Positions 1 to 9,206 of a stretch of 64,000 bases of DNA are shown here, in pieces. Position numbers and translations under genes: made by a program. This DNA comes from an uncultured Gammaproteobacteria bacterium (GTDB lineage Bacteria > Patescibacteriota > Microgenomatia > UBA10105 > UBA927): contig CAYUKU010000001.1 in the NCBI GenBank assembly GCA_964445435.1, positions 183,751 to 247,750 on the forward strand, given 5' to 3'. Position 1 is the stretch's first letter; each line of letters starts with the position of its first letter. The notes beneath the pieces were generated by a model. It saw only the letters and a program-made list of their open reading frames with translations. It did not search any database and had not been told where the DNA came from.

Positions 1-426
1 TTTTGCCACCGCGGTGGCGGCAGCATAGGCCATTTGATTTGTCGTTGACACGGCAAAGTTCTCAAATGTTGCGTCGGGCCGGATGTGAAGCTTGCGTGCG
101 AGCGCCTCGGTGTTTATGGTTGGAGACTGAAGGGTGGGCGCAAAAAGCGGACCCGCCTCACCCTCTTTCAGTGTTTCCTTTTTGGGAATTACGGTAAACA
201 CGAGGCTTGTGTTTTGGTTGGTGTGGTGGTCAAGGATGCTTTTTACGAGCGAGTAGTATCGCGTTTCAACGAGCGTTCGCATAAGGGGGCTGGTGAAGGC
301 TATGGTGGCAACAGAATCAACGACAGACACAAGGCGCGCGGTGGCAAAGTGCGTTTGAAACGTAGCTTTTGATACAGAGAGTTCGATCTCAGCTAATACT
401 GATTTCCAAAGTTTTTCAATATCCAT
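1..426 (-). CDS. dnaA: Chromosomal replication initiator DnaA, N-terminal part (runs off the window edge)
   Basis: Manual translation from ATG at 426: MDIEKLWKSVLAEIELSVSKATFQTHF...LHIRPDATFENFAVSTTNQMAYAAATAVAK. This matches DnaA domain I and the start of domain III (TFENF..S..NQ.AYAAA.AVA). Not in the ORF track. Confidence 0.95.
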   Translation of the reverse strand, partial: MDIEKLWKSVLAEIELSVSKATFQTHFATARLVSVVDSVATIAFTSPLMRTLVETRYYSLVKSILDHHTNQNTSLVFTVIPKKETLKEGEAGPLFAPTLQSPTINTEALARKLHIRPDATFENFAVSTTNQMAYAAATAVAK

Positions 427-455
427 AAAACCGTTGGCAGTCCGGGCGAGGAGAG

Positions 456-502
456 AGTGGATAAGTTGTCCACATAGTAGATAACTTTGTCTTTGGTGTC
501 AA
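456..502 (-). promoter_or_regulatory. dnaA sigma70 promoter with two DnaA boxes at the start site
   Basis: Minus strand TTGACA (502-497), 17-bp spacer, TACTAT (479-474). Immediately downstream are TTGTCCACA (466-474, +) and TTATCCACT (464-456, -), each 8/9 to TTATCCACA. Confidence 0.8.
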
Positions 503-574
503 GAGAGTATCGGCAGGCTAACGTTTGTAATACGTCATACGAAGCTTCTAAGGAATGAACTGTATAATTACTGC

Positions 575-3385
575 GTGTTTCGAAAGACACTCATTTTTGT
601 CTGCGTAGCGCTTTCTGTTTTCGTCTCCCTGTCGTTTCGTCGCACGGCTAATTGGCGCATCCACACGGGGTCTGCAGTGGTGCGGCCGGTTGTTTTTACT
701 CCCAACGTCACGCTGCTTTCCGAGCAAGAAGTTCTTTATAAGAAAACCATTTATTCGGTGGAAAACGACGTTTTGCGGGCACGAGACAACAGGTCCGGAA
801 AAGAGCGCTGGCGAATTACGTTGGGTACCGGGTTTGTTTTCTCGGATCGTCCGCTCATTGCCTCAGGGCGCCTTTTTGTGGGTGACACGACGGGAACACT
901 GCGGGCCATCGGATTACACTCGGGAAAGACGTTATGGGAGTTGGCACAACAAGAGTCGCCAAAGAGTTTCCCCCGCCCGTCGGGGAGGCCCGGGTGGTTT
1001 GGGTCGATGGCACCTGAAGGATCACGCCTCGTTGTCGGTGGCCGAGACGGCCGGGTGACGTCGCTTCGACAAAATGACGGGAAGAAACTTTGGACGTACG
1101 AGGTTGGAAATCCCATCGTGAACGTGCAAAGCGAAGACGGCAGCGTGTTTGCCTTGGGTCAAAATGGCAGCGTGACAGCTCTGACTTCCGGCGGCAGACT
1201 CGTGTGGACGGAAACACAGGCGAGCTCAGCCGCGTTTCTTCTTTTCCCGAAGGCGACTTTCGGAAAGAGACTGTTGGGTCACGACGCAGGTACGGTGGTA
1301 GTCGTCACACGAAACGGCGATGTTATAGGAAAAGATACCAAAAGCGGACGAACACTCCACACAACGCATCTTGCCGCGTCCATAGTGACGAAGCCCGCTG
1401 TGTGGCAAAACTGGCTTTTTGTCGTAACAAAGGAGCCCAAGTCGAGACTCATAAAGATAGATGGAGTAACGGGCGCAATCGCTTGGAGTCGAAAGTACGA
1501 CGATGTTATTGGGGCGACACCCGTTGTGGGGTATCGCAATCCCCTTACAAGCGGGTTGTGCGCCCGAACAGAAGACGTATTTGGGGCTCTCCCGTTTTGC
1601 ATGCCCTCGGTATTCGTGGGAGACTATCAGGGCGTTTTCCGCGCTGTTGACGTAGAGACCGGTGACTCCCTGTGGAAGTTTTTCACAACTGCCCCCATCG
1701 TGTCGCCGGCGTCGTTTAAGGATAACAGCGTTGTGTTTGGAAATCTTGGCGGCGACGTATATACGGTGTTGGCCTTTGACGGCAAGATTCCCAGGCGCAG
1801 GGGCTGGCTGCGCATGGAGGTTTCCCGAACCGTTTCCACGGTGTTTAATCGGGATATTCAGGAATTCACCCTCAGATATGACCAGTCCCGTTTTAGGTTT
1901 CCCTGGAGCGATATTCTGGCGGAAGCCTCGTTTTCTCAGAAAGGACTGAGCCCCATTACGGTAAGTGGATACTATTTCGACAAAGACACATGGAAGATTG
2001 CCTTCAATCCCCCTTTCCGAGGAGAGTGGCAGTACGAGGTTCGTCTGGTTTTGCCTGACAACAGTGCGGTCGCCGAAAAAGGATCATTTGTAAGCAAAAC
2101 CTCAAGCGACGGCATGTACCTCAAAAGCATATATGTGCCGGGCGGCGTAGGAAGGTTGACTGCCGACGGAAAGCATGCGTACAGCGTCTTTGGGGTTCAG
2201 ACGTCCGAACTGGACTTTAATCGCAACGGAAACTTCCTGGACGACTTTTCGTTTGGAGTTGAATCCCCATCAACGGGATCAGCCGAAACTGAGTGTTTCT
2301 CGTGCGGTTTTCGAGGGCTTGAAGATTTCCTTACGGCGTATGCGGATGGCGGACAAGTATTTAATATGTTTCGGTGGGGTCCGAACAATGCCTCATTCGG
2401 ATTGGCGGACGCGCCGCCTTCTGCCACAGACGCGTATTATGTATTTGAGGGAAGACAAGCGGATCGTCTTATCACGTCGCTGGCAAATCACGGACTTCGG
2501 GTATGGCTGACATTTTTTGAGTCAACGGTTCCCCATCAGGCCGAATGGAGCGCGTCCCCACTGTACGAATTTTTGGCGAAACGGTATATTCGCTATCTCG
2601 TTTCCAGATACGGCGCGTATGTGAGTATATGGGAACTGACGAACGAAGCATACGTTCCGGATAGAATCGTTCAGGCACTCACCCAGTATCTTCGGACGAT
2701 TGATTTTGAAAAAAGGCCCATTACGACCAGTTGGGAGAAAGCGCACCTGTCGACGATTGAGGTCGTTTCGCCCCACTGGTATGCAGATGAAGATTCCCGC
2801 CTTTCTGACGCGGCCCTTCTAAAAGAACTGGAGAGAAGCCAAGGGAGCACCTCGGGTAAACCCGTGGTGTTTGGAGAGATAGGAAACAAGAGCGCAAACT
2901 GGGATCCAGAGTCGGGAGCGCGGATGCGCATACGCATGTGGACTGCAGCCATGCGCGGGGCCGGAGTGGTGTTTTGGAGTACCTCCCACTCAAAGCAATA
3001 TGCGCCAGTCGGGGATCCATTTGGGAATGGAAATCAATATATCGGCGAAAAAGAGCGGGAGCTCGTGCGCATCGCAAATGGTTTTTTCCGTGACATGAGT
3101 CTTGACGCGCGTCCGATAGACATTGGCGTTAACCCGGCTGATGCACGGGGATATGGGTTGGGTGACAAGCAAAAAATTATAGGCTACATCCATCGATATA
3201 GCGATCACGAGAGAAATGCCCCTATCGAGATGACCCTTCAGGTGCCCAAAAACGGAACCCTTTCGTGGTATGACACGAAAACCGGGAAGAAAATCATAAG
3301 CCAGAGGGTACCAGCCGGCAGACATGTCGTCACAAGTCCGGCCTTCCTTATAGATGTCGCGTTTGCGGTAATGCTTGATCCCTAG
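575..3385 (+). CDS. Exported PQQ-like beta-propeller repeat protein fused to a DUF5060-like domain and a clan GH-A-like TIM-barrel glycosidase
   Basis: N-terminal hydrophobic helix; repeated A.d..tGk.lW motifs; later WKIAFNPPFRGEWQY, YLVSRYGAY..IWELTNE (acid/base NE) and KPVVFGEIG (nucleophile-like E); C-terminal beta domain WYDTKTG. Confidence 0.7.
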   Translation: MFRKTLIFVCVALSVFVSLSFRRTANWRIHTGSAVVRPVVFTPNVTLLSEQEVLYKKTIYSVENDVLRARDNRSGKERWRITLGTGFVFSDRPLIASGRLFVGDTTGTLRAIGLHSGKTLWELAQQESPKSFPRPSGRPGWFGSMAPEGSRLVVGGRDGRVTSLRQNDGKKLWTYEVGNPIVNVQSEDGSVFALGQNGSVTALTSGGRLVWTETQASSAAFLLFPKATFGKRLLGHDAGTVVVVTRNGDVIGKDTKSGRTLHTTHLAASIVTKPAVWQNWLFVVTKEPKSRLIKIDGVTGAIAWSRKYDDVIGATPVVGYRNPLTSGLCARTEDVFGALPFCMPSVFVGDYQGVFRAVDVETGDSLWKFFTTAPIVSPASFKDNSVVFGNLGGDVYTVLAFDGKIPRRRGWLRMEVSRTVSTVFNRDIQEFTLRYDQSRFRFPWSDILAEASFSQKGLSPITVSGYYFDKDTWKIAFNPPFRGEWQYEVRLVLPDNSAVAEKGSFVSKTSSDGMYLKSIYVPGGVGRLTADGKHAYSVFGVQTSELDFNRNGNFLDDFSFGVESPSTGSAETECFSCGFRGLEDFLTAYADGGQVFNMFRWGPNNASFGLADAPPSATDAYYVFEGRQADRLITSLANHGLRVWLTFFESTVPHQAEWSASPLYEFLAKRYIRYLVSRYGAYVSIWELTNEAYVPDRIVQALTQYLRTIDFEKRPITTSWEKAHLSTIEVVSPHWYADEDSRLSDAALLKELERSQGSTSGKPVVFGEIGNKSANWDPESGARMRIRMWTAAMRGAGVVFWSTSHSKQYAPVGDPFGNGNQYIGEKERELVRIANGFFRDMSLDARPIDIGVNPADARGYGLGDKQKIIGYIHRYSDHERNAPIEMTLQVPKNGTLSWYDTKTGKKIISQRVPAGRHVVTSPAFLIDVAFAVMLDP

Positions 3386-3387
3386 CG

Positions 3388-4398
3388 ATGTGGTACCCTA
3401 AGAAAGCTTTGAAAAAACAAGAGCAGGACATATACATCGTTATTCCCACCATACGCACACTTTCCTTTTTGCGTGATTGGGAGAGGCAGTTTGAAAACTG
3501 CTTCCTCGTTATTGTTGAGGATCATGCAAAGAGGCAAATCGAAACGCCCCAAACCCCCAGCCGTAAAATCTACCATTACGATTGGAGCGATATAGATGGC
3601 GAGTTTGGTAAAAACCGCTGGATATTCTCCCGGCAAAACGCAGGCATCCGGTCCTACGGGTTTTGGAAAGCTTATGAAATGGGTGCAGACGTCATCATTA
3701 CGCTTGATGATGACTGCTATCCCGCGGAGGCAGACTTTGTACAGAAGCACATAGATAATCTCTCCGCGAGTGCTCCCGTTCGGTGGATGACTACATTTCC
3801 GCACCCTGAGTATATGTACACGCGAGGGTTTCCCTATGAGGTCCGAAAGAAGCGTCCGGTCATGGTAAGCCATGGATTATGGTCAAATAAGATGGATATG
3901 GATGCCCAAACACAAAAACACATCGGGAACGTAAATATTCCGGCATATCCCCTTCTTCGGCAGTATGTGCCCAAAGGTGAGTATTTTCCGATGAGCTCAA
4001 TGAATCTGGCGTTTCTGCGAGATGCTGCTCCTCTAATGTATTTCCCGCTCATGGGAAGAGATCCCAGTGGAAACAATTGGGGGTTTGATCGCTTCGACGA
4101 TATTTGGGCAGGAATTTTTGTCAAAAAAATACTTGACCATCTAGAGTATGCGGTTGTGAATGGATCGCCATTTGTAGAGCACCGGAAGGCCTCTGATGTT
4201 GAGACAAATCTCGTGAAAGAGAAACCTGGACTTAAGATGAATGAGCAGGTGTGGCACTTGGTGGATCGCGTTTTTCTGACGCAGAGTTCGCCGGCGGCCT
4301 GTTATAAGGAACTGTCACAACAAATCGAATTTCCCGACACGCCGTATTTCCGTAAACTGCGAGAGGCAATGGGTATATGGGCTGAGTTATTTTTGTGA
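3388..4398 (+). CDS. Reversibly glycosylated polypeptide / UDP-arabinopyranose mutase-like protein (GT75)
   Basis: RGP hallmarks in order: IVIPTIR.L.FL..W, RSYGF, TLDDDC, RGFPY..R, SHGLW...D.DA, MNLAF, MYF.LMG, RFDDIWAG, DHL..AV.NG.PFVEH.KAS...NL.KE. Confidence 0.88.
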   Translation: MWYPKKALKKQEQDIYIVIPTIRTLSFLRDWERQFENCFLVIVEDHAKRQIETPQTPSRKIYHYDWSDIDGEFGKNRWIFSRQNAGIRSYGFWKAYEMGADVIITLDDDCYPAEADFVQKHIDNLSASAPVRWMTTFPHPEYMYTRGFPYEVRKKRPVMVSHGLWSNKMDMDAQTQKHIGNVNIPAYPLLRQYVPKGEYFPMSSMNLAFLRDAAPLMYFPLMGRDPSGNNWGFDRFDDIWAGIFVKKILDHLEYAVVNGSPFVEHRKASDVETNLVKEKPGLKMNEQVWHLVDRVFLTQSSPAACYKELSQQIEFPDTPYFRKLREAMGIWAELFL

Positions 4399-4405
4399 AC
4401 GTAAC

Positions 4406-6379
4406 ATGCGGATGCTTCACGTATTGTACTCGAGAGTCTGGGTATTCTTCGGAGGCTTGTTTGCGCTTGTCCTTTTGGGCGACATACGACAGGGAGTCAT
4501 CGATGTTGTGAGTCTTGCGTTCGTGCTCTCGTTATTTTTGGTTGGAGCTCTGACGAAAGCATCGTACCTATCTCCACCCAAAAAGCTCCACTGGGCGTGG
4601 ATCGTTTTTATCGCCTTTCTTTTCGGAGGATTTTTGACGTCCGATAGCCCGGGGTACTCGGTGACCGCAATCGTGCGCTACTGCATGGCGTACCTGGTTT
4701 TTGGGTATTTTGCGTATGCAAAGGAAGAGATAGAAGCAGCGAAATTTCTCAAGGGGCTTCTCTGGTTTGCATTTATTTCCGTAGGGTTGTCATTTGTGAC
4801 ACTTGCACATAGAGATTTGGGCGGATTTTTACCGGGCATGAATCTCCTCTACCCTGCGTACGGACACAACCACGTGGTAAACATCGTGGTATTCATTTTT
4901 CCTTTTGTAGTCCACGAACTTATTGTTTCACGCAATATCGCAACAGTCGTGGCGATGACATATCTTACCGTGGCGCTTGTGTTGTCCCGCGCCCGAGGAG
5001 GCCTTATTCTTCTTTCCTTCTATTGTGGATGGTTATTTGCCAGCGTGCGCCGGCGCTTCGGTCCGGCGACGCAGATAGGTGCAACGACCGCATTGGTTGT
5101 ATTCGTCGGATTCGTTATATTTTCTCGATTTTCTGCTCCCGCAACCAAAAGCGGTCTTGCTGAGAGCAGGCTTCCCTACTGGAAGCAGGCGGGCGTGGCT
5201 ATAGCCACCCGTCCGCTTTTCGGATATGGCCCAGGGACATTCTATCTGGTGTCAAGAAGGTTCCAAGAAATTCCCGGCACACACTCGTGGTATGCGCACA
5301 GCTTCCTTCTGCAGACGCTTGCGGAGGTAGGGATTATAGGAGCTTTGGGAGTAGGATTTATTTTGGGTTACCCACTCGTTGCGATTGCCAGATCAATGGC
5401 AAAACTGAAGCGGAAGGATCCGCTCATCGTCCCCTTGTGGCACGCAGTTATTCTTGTGTTTTTGTACAGTTTGGTTGAAATGAACTTGGATTTTCTCGTG
5501 ATATGGTTTCTATTCTGGGCGACACTTGGTTTTATCCATCGGCACGCACGCGGCGATCTTGCTGACGGGATTCCCGTCCCTTTGAATGGCTTTTTCAAGA
5601 CACTTTGCGTCCTGTTGGCTCTTTTTTATCTCTCAGCGGTCGCGTCTACAGCAGTTGAGGTTATAGGGAAAGACCATACGTTTTCGTTCTTGTTGCAGCC
5701 ACACGTAACCGGCAAAGCGCTTACGTATCTTTCCCAAAAAAGCCAGGCCCAGCAATATTCTATAGGATTGCCGGAGCGCACAATTAAGTTTTTTCACAAA
5801 AATGATCCGGAAATAGCATTCAGCATGGCGGCATACGCGTCGCAATCAGGAGTCATGAAGTCCCTCCCGTATCTGTTGCAGGCTACAGATGGCGATCCTC
5901 TCAATCAGGAGTATCTTACCGCTTCTCTGGATGGGTTAGTGCGTAGTCTTCCCCAAAAAGACATCGGAATTTTGACACTACGCATGATGGCGCGGGCACC
6001 CAGAATAACGACACAGAGCAAGCTGTTTGAAATGCCCGGCATTGAAGACGATATCGGCAGAGCGCTTGTTTCCGCGTATGAGAAAGGCAAGCCGCGATGG
6101 AGCCAGTGGTACGCAGGGCTTGCGTATGTCCTGGCCATGAACGCACTGTCGGACAATCCGAAGCTCGCCGAGCAGCTCTTGTTATATGCTAGGGATGTGT
6201 ATCCGGACTTGGGTTTTATACATATGGATTTAATCCGTTTTTATGAGAGCACGCTTGGTGATCACGACGCCGCAGCGGAGGCGGCGCGGTACTGTGGCTT
6301 TTTGAATTCTCCCAAAAAACAATGTGAAGTTGAAGATAAAACACTTCCTCCTGGTGATTTCCTGTATTTGTTTATATAA
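4406..6379 (+). CDS. O-antigen ligase (Wzy_C)-family membrane protein with helical C-terminal domain
   Basis: Multiple TM helices; SRARGG; SRLPYW..A..AI..RPLFGYGPGTF; AHSFLLQTLAEVGIIG. Confidence 0.8.
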   Translation: MRMLHVLYSRVWVFFGGLFALVLLGDIRQGVIDVVSLAFVLSLFLVGALTKASYLSPPKKLHWAWIVFIAFLFGGFLTSDSPGYSVTAIVRYCMAYLVFGYFAYAKEEIEAAKFLKGLLWFAFISVGLSFVTLAHRDLGGFLPGMNLLYPAYGHNHVVNIVVFIFPFVVHELIVSRNIATVVAMTYLTVALVLSRARGGLILLSFYCGWLFASVRRRFGPATQIGATTALVVFVGFVIFSRFSAPATKSGLAESRLPYWKQAGVAIATRPLFGYGPGTFYLVSRRFQEIPGTHSWYAHSFLLQTLAEVGIIGALGVGFILGYPLVAIARSMAKLKRKDPLIVPLWHAVILVFLYSLVEMNLDFLVIWFLFWATLGFIHRHARGDLADGIPVPLNGFFKTLCVLLALFYLSAVASTAVEVIGKDHTFSFLLQPHVTGKALTYLSQKSQAQQYSIGLPERTIKFFHKNDPEIAFSMAAYASQSGVMKSLPYLLQATDGDPLNQEYLTASLDGLVRSLPQKDIGILTLRMMARAPRITTQSKLFEMPGIEDDIGRALVSAYEKGKPRWSQWYAGLAYVLAMNALSDNPKLAEQLLLYARDVYPDLGFIHMDLIRFYESTLGDHDAAAEAARYCGFLNSPKKQCEVEDKTLPPGDFLYLFI

Positions 6380-6397
6380 TGTGATCTCACACGTTGT

Positions 6398-7243
6398 ATG
6401 ATTACGATCATTGATCGGTGGAAACAACTTGCTGCCAGGCGGTTATCAAAGACATTCCTCACGCGGACCGATGTCATCATTCTTCTGTGCATCGTCATGC
6501 TTTTGGGCGTTATGGGTGTTGCGGTGAAGCTTGTGCTTCAGAAAGATACGTATGTGACTGTTGAGCTTCTGGCTTCCGGCGGAGAGTGGTGGTGGGGCGT
6601 CCCGCCTCCCTATTATTGGAATGCCCGTGATATAGTCATCGGCGCAAAGGAATATGACTCGTTTCGCAAGGTGACCTCAGAGGTTGTTGACTTGGTTAAA
6701 TACGGCGAGGACGACCGGAGATTCATGTGGCTTGAGGTAAGGCTTCTGGCGAAGAAAAACATGTTGACAAAAACATATTCGTTTAAGCAGGAAACCCTCC
6801 AGATCGGGAAAACCATTCACCTATCGCCAAATAATGTTGCCATCATCGGACAGATTGTGGGTATCGAAGGCGTTGGGAGAATGTGGAAGACCGAGTATGT
6901 TGAGGTGCAGGGGAAAGTCCGTCATATAGAGCCTTGGGAGGCAGATGCAATTAAACCGGCAGACAAAGTTTTTGATAACAAGGGGCAACTGGTTGCTGAG
7001 ATACAGGAGGTACGCGTGGAAAACTCTGACGTTATGACCACCACATGGACCGGTGACACACTTGTGCGGAAGAATCCTCTTCTTCGTGATGTGACCACAA
7101 AAATGAAGCTCCGCGTTATGAAGGATGATAGTATGCGCTACTTCAATTTCTATCAGCCAGTTGAGATAGGAAACAATATTCGAATTCAGTTCCCAGAGAC
7201 GGCAATTGAATTCAATATTATGTCTATAACGCCCGCAAACTAG
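6398..7243 (+). CDS. Membrane-anchored protein, probable tandem DUF4330-like domains
   Basis: D.IILL N-terminal anchor; two similar halves (I..G.KE.D....V..EV and IK..DKVFD..G..VAEI..V, each ending in a ..IG..I motif). Confidence 0.55.
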   Translation: MITIIDRWKQLAARRLSKTFLTRTDVIILLCIVMLLGVMGVAVKLVLQKDTYVTVELLASGGEWWWGVPPPYYWNARDIVIGAKEYDSFRKVTSEVVDLVKYGEDDRRFMWLEVRLLAKKNMLTKTYSFKQETLQIGKTIHLSPNNVAIIGQIVGIEGVGRMWKTEYVEVQGKVRHIEPWEADAIKPADKVFDNKGQLVAEIQEVRVENSDVMTTTWTGDTLVRKNPLLRDVTTKMKLRVMKDDSMRYFNFYQPVEIGNNIRIQFPETAIEFNIMSITPAN

Positions 7244-8025
7244 CTCATTTTTTGAGCGATGACCCATACGCTCCACGGCGCTTGTGCGGGTTTACGCATA
7301 GAGTATGCCAAATTTCCCCAGTGAACGATCCGAAAACCAGCCAGTGAAGTGAACGCTTCAAGTTCAGGAAAGAAAAAATACCTCATGGTGTGAGTTTCGC
7401 GAAGCTTCCTCGTCTGGCCGGTTGCCGGACGGATGGTAAGCGTGTGATGCACGTCAACCGTATTAGTCGCGTGAGAGAGTTTTGGAATTTTCTGTCGAAA
7501 CACCTCTAACTGATCATTTTTGTAATGCTGCCGGACAACCCGCGGTTTTCCCAAAAAAACACCCGGTCCGTACCAGCAGTCAAATATAAAAACACCGTGC
7601 GGCTTGAGAATAGAAGCGGCTCTGCGGAAGAATTGTTCAACCTCGCGGTTTGTTTTCATGTAGCTAAGGACGTCGAAGAGAGAAACCGCCACGTCATATG
7701 TTTTTGGTGTTTTGTATGAGAGAAAGTCTCCGGTTATATACGCTATGTCTGCGGAGGCGTCGGCCGCTTTCTTTTTGGCCACTTCAAGCATTTGGGTTGA
7801 CTGATCAATCCCTGTTATCTTGGCTCCCTGTTTCCATAATTCGAGCGTGTATGCTCCCGTGCCGCACCCAATGTCAAACACTGAAATGTCGGTCCGCTTC
7901 GGGAGAAGCGCTTTGGCGTGATGGAAAATCATGCGCGTGGTTTCTTCAATCCCGCGCTTTTCGTACATAAGGTCGTAGTATGGAGCAGTCAGTGAAAACG
8001 GAAGTACGGAATGTTTTGATTTCAT
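7240..8025 (-). CDS. Class I SAM-dependent methyltransferase
   Basis: VFDIGCGTG, GIDQS..ML, YDVAVSLFDVLSY, LKPHGVFIFD. Confidence 0.9.
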   Translation of the reverse strand: MKSKHSVLPFSLTAPYYDLMYEKRGIEETTRMIFHHAKALLPKRTDISVFDIGCGTGAYTLELWKQGAKITGIDQSTQMLEVAKKKAADASADIAYITGDFLSYKTPKTYDVAVSLFDVLSYMKTNREVEQFFRRAASILKPHGVFIFDCWYGPGVFLGKPRVVRQHYKNDQLEVFRQKIPKLSHATNTVDVHHTLTIRPATGQTRKLRETHTMRYFFFPELEAFTSLAGFRIVHWGNLAYSMRKPAQAPWSVWVIAQKMS

Positions 8026-9206
8026 ACGTTACAGCAGTGCTGGGCAGTTTGTATAAGAAGTTTGCTTGTGGCGTCCCAGCTAAAGCGAGAAACGACATAC
8101 TCACGTGCGCGTTTTTTCATGGTTCGTTTTTCCTCTTCTGGAAGCGAGAAAAAATGTCCGATGCGCCTGCTTGCGCCCGCGGGGTCTGTCGGATGGATAT
8201 AAAAACCGGTAACCCCGTTGACGATTTCGCTATCATCTCCGCGACTTCGTATTACCGGGACGCCTGAGGCTTGCGCCTCGAGGACAGAAAGACTCGCTGT
8301 CGATCCTCCCGCGCTTGTCGTTGATCCTGTGTAGACGAAAAGGTCGAGAGATTGGTAATACGCGGGCAGTCGTGTTTCGTCTATGTTGCCAACGAAGCGT
8401 ACAGTGTCTGAGAGACCGTGGGATTGTATATAGGACATATACTGACGTTTGACATGCAGGTCCGTAATGCTTTCTGAAATGTGAACTACAAATTTTTGTC
8501 GCCCCTTTTTCAGTATATTTATTATTTTTAGAAAGTTTTCCGTTCCTTTGAAAATAGTATAGTCAGTGCTGTGTCCGATGACCGGGATTTTTCCAGGGTG
8601 CCTCGTGCGGGCGGGTCGGGGGAAAAATGAGTCCGTGTCAACGCCGTTGGGCAGATATGCGTTTGGTTTGCGGCCGTACGTTTCGAGAATATATTTCTGG
8701 ACCGAAGGAGTAAGGGCGGTAAGAACCGTAGCCCTATGATATGCCCATATATCAAGCCATGAGTACGCCCATTTGGCGACGCGGACGCAAAATTGGGAAA
8801 AGGGAGACAAGGAGGCTATGCGCAAGGGGTCGTAGAAAATAGCGAGCGGCTCGAAGCAGTGACATATGGTGCGGCCAGAGACGAGCACTGCCAGAAGGTT
8901 CATGGGAAAATTCGTAGCAAAGACGATTTGGTTTCTGTCAATGCTCCGCTTCAACTCAAAAAAATTCACGATAAGCGTAAGAGGGAGAAGGAGCCAGAAA
9001 AATCGGGGCGGCCTCCAAAGCACCGAAATTTTCACGCCTGCCTTCTTGTAGAGGCGTTGCCATTTCGGACTTATGGCGTGCAGATACAAAAAAACACGAT
9101 GCGTCCTGGCAACCCGAAGAAGGAGTTCATACAGATACTTCTCCCCTCCCCTGGAATAGAGGCTTTCTGTGTGAAGGACGTAGACATCAAATGCGCCCCG
9201 TCTCAT
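8022..9206 (-). CDS. GT4-family glycosyltransferase
   Basis: RGGEK N-terminal motif, PNGVD...F, KG..NF, LEAQASGVPVI. Confidence 0.88.
   Translation of the reverse strand: MRRGAFDVYVLHTESLYSRGGEKYLYELLLRVARTHRVFLYLHAISPKWQRLYKKAGVKISVLWRPPRFFWLLLPLTLIVNFFELKRSIDRNQIVFATNFPMNLLAVLVSGRTICHCFEPLAIFYDPLRIASLSPFSQFCVRVAKWAYSWLDIWAYHRATVLTALTPSVQKYILETYGRKPNAYLPNGVDTDSFFPRPARTRHPGKIPVIGHSTDYTIFKGTENFLKIINILKKGRQKFVVHISESITDLHVKRQYMSYIQSHGLSDTVRFVGNIDETRLPAYYQSLDLFVYTGSTTSAGGSTASLSVLEAQASGVPVIRSRGDDSEIVNGVTGFYIHPTDPAGASRRIGHFFSLPEEEKRTMKKRAREYVVSRFSWDATSKLLIQTAQHCCNV

Noticed and set aside
3-590. Short track ORFs 3..197, 85..372 and 393..590
   Set aside because: They overlap the real dnaA frame and its promoter.
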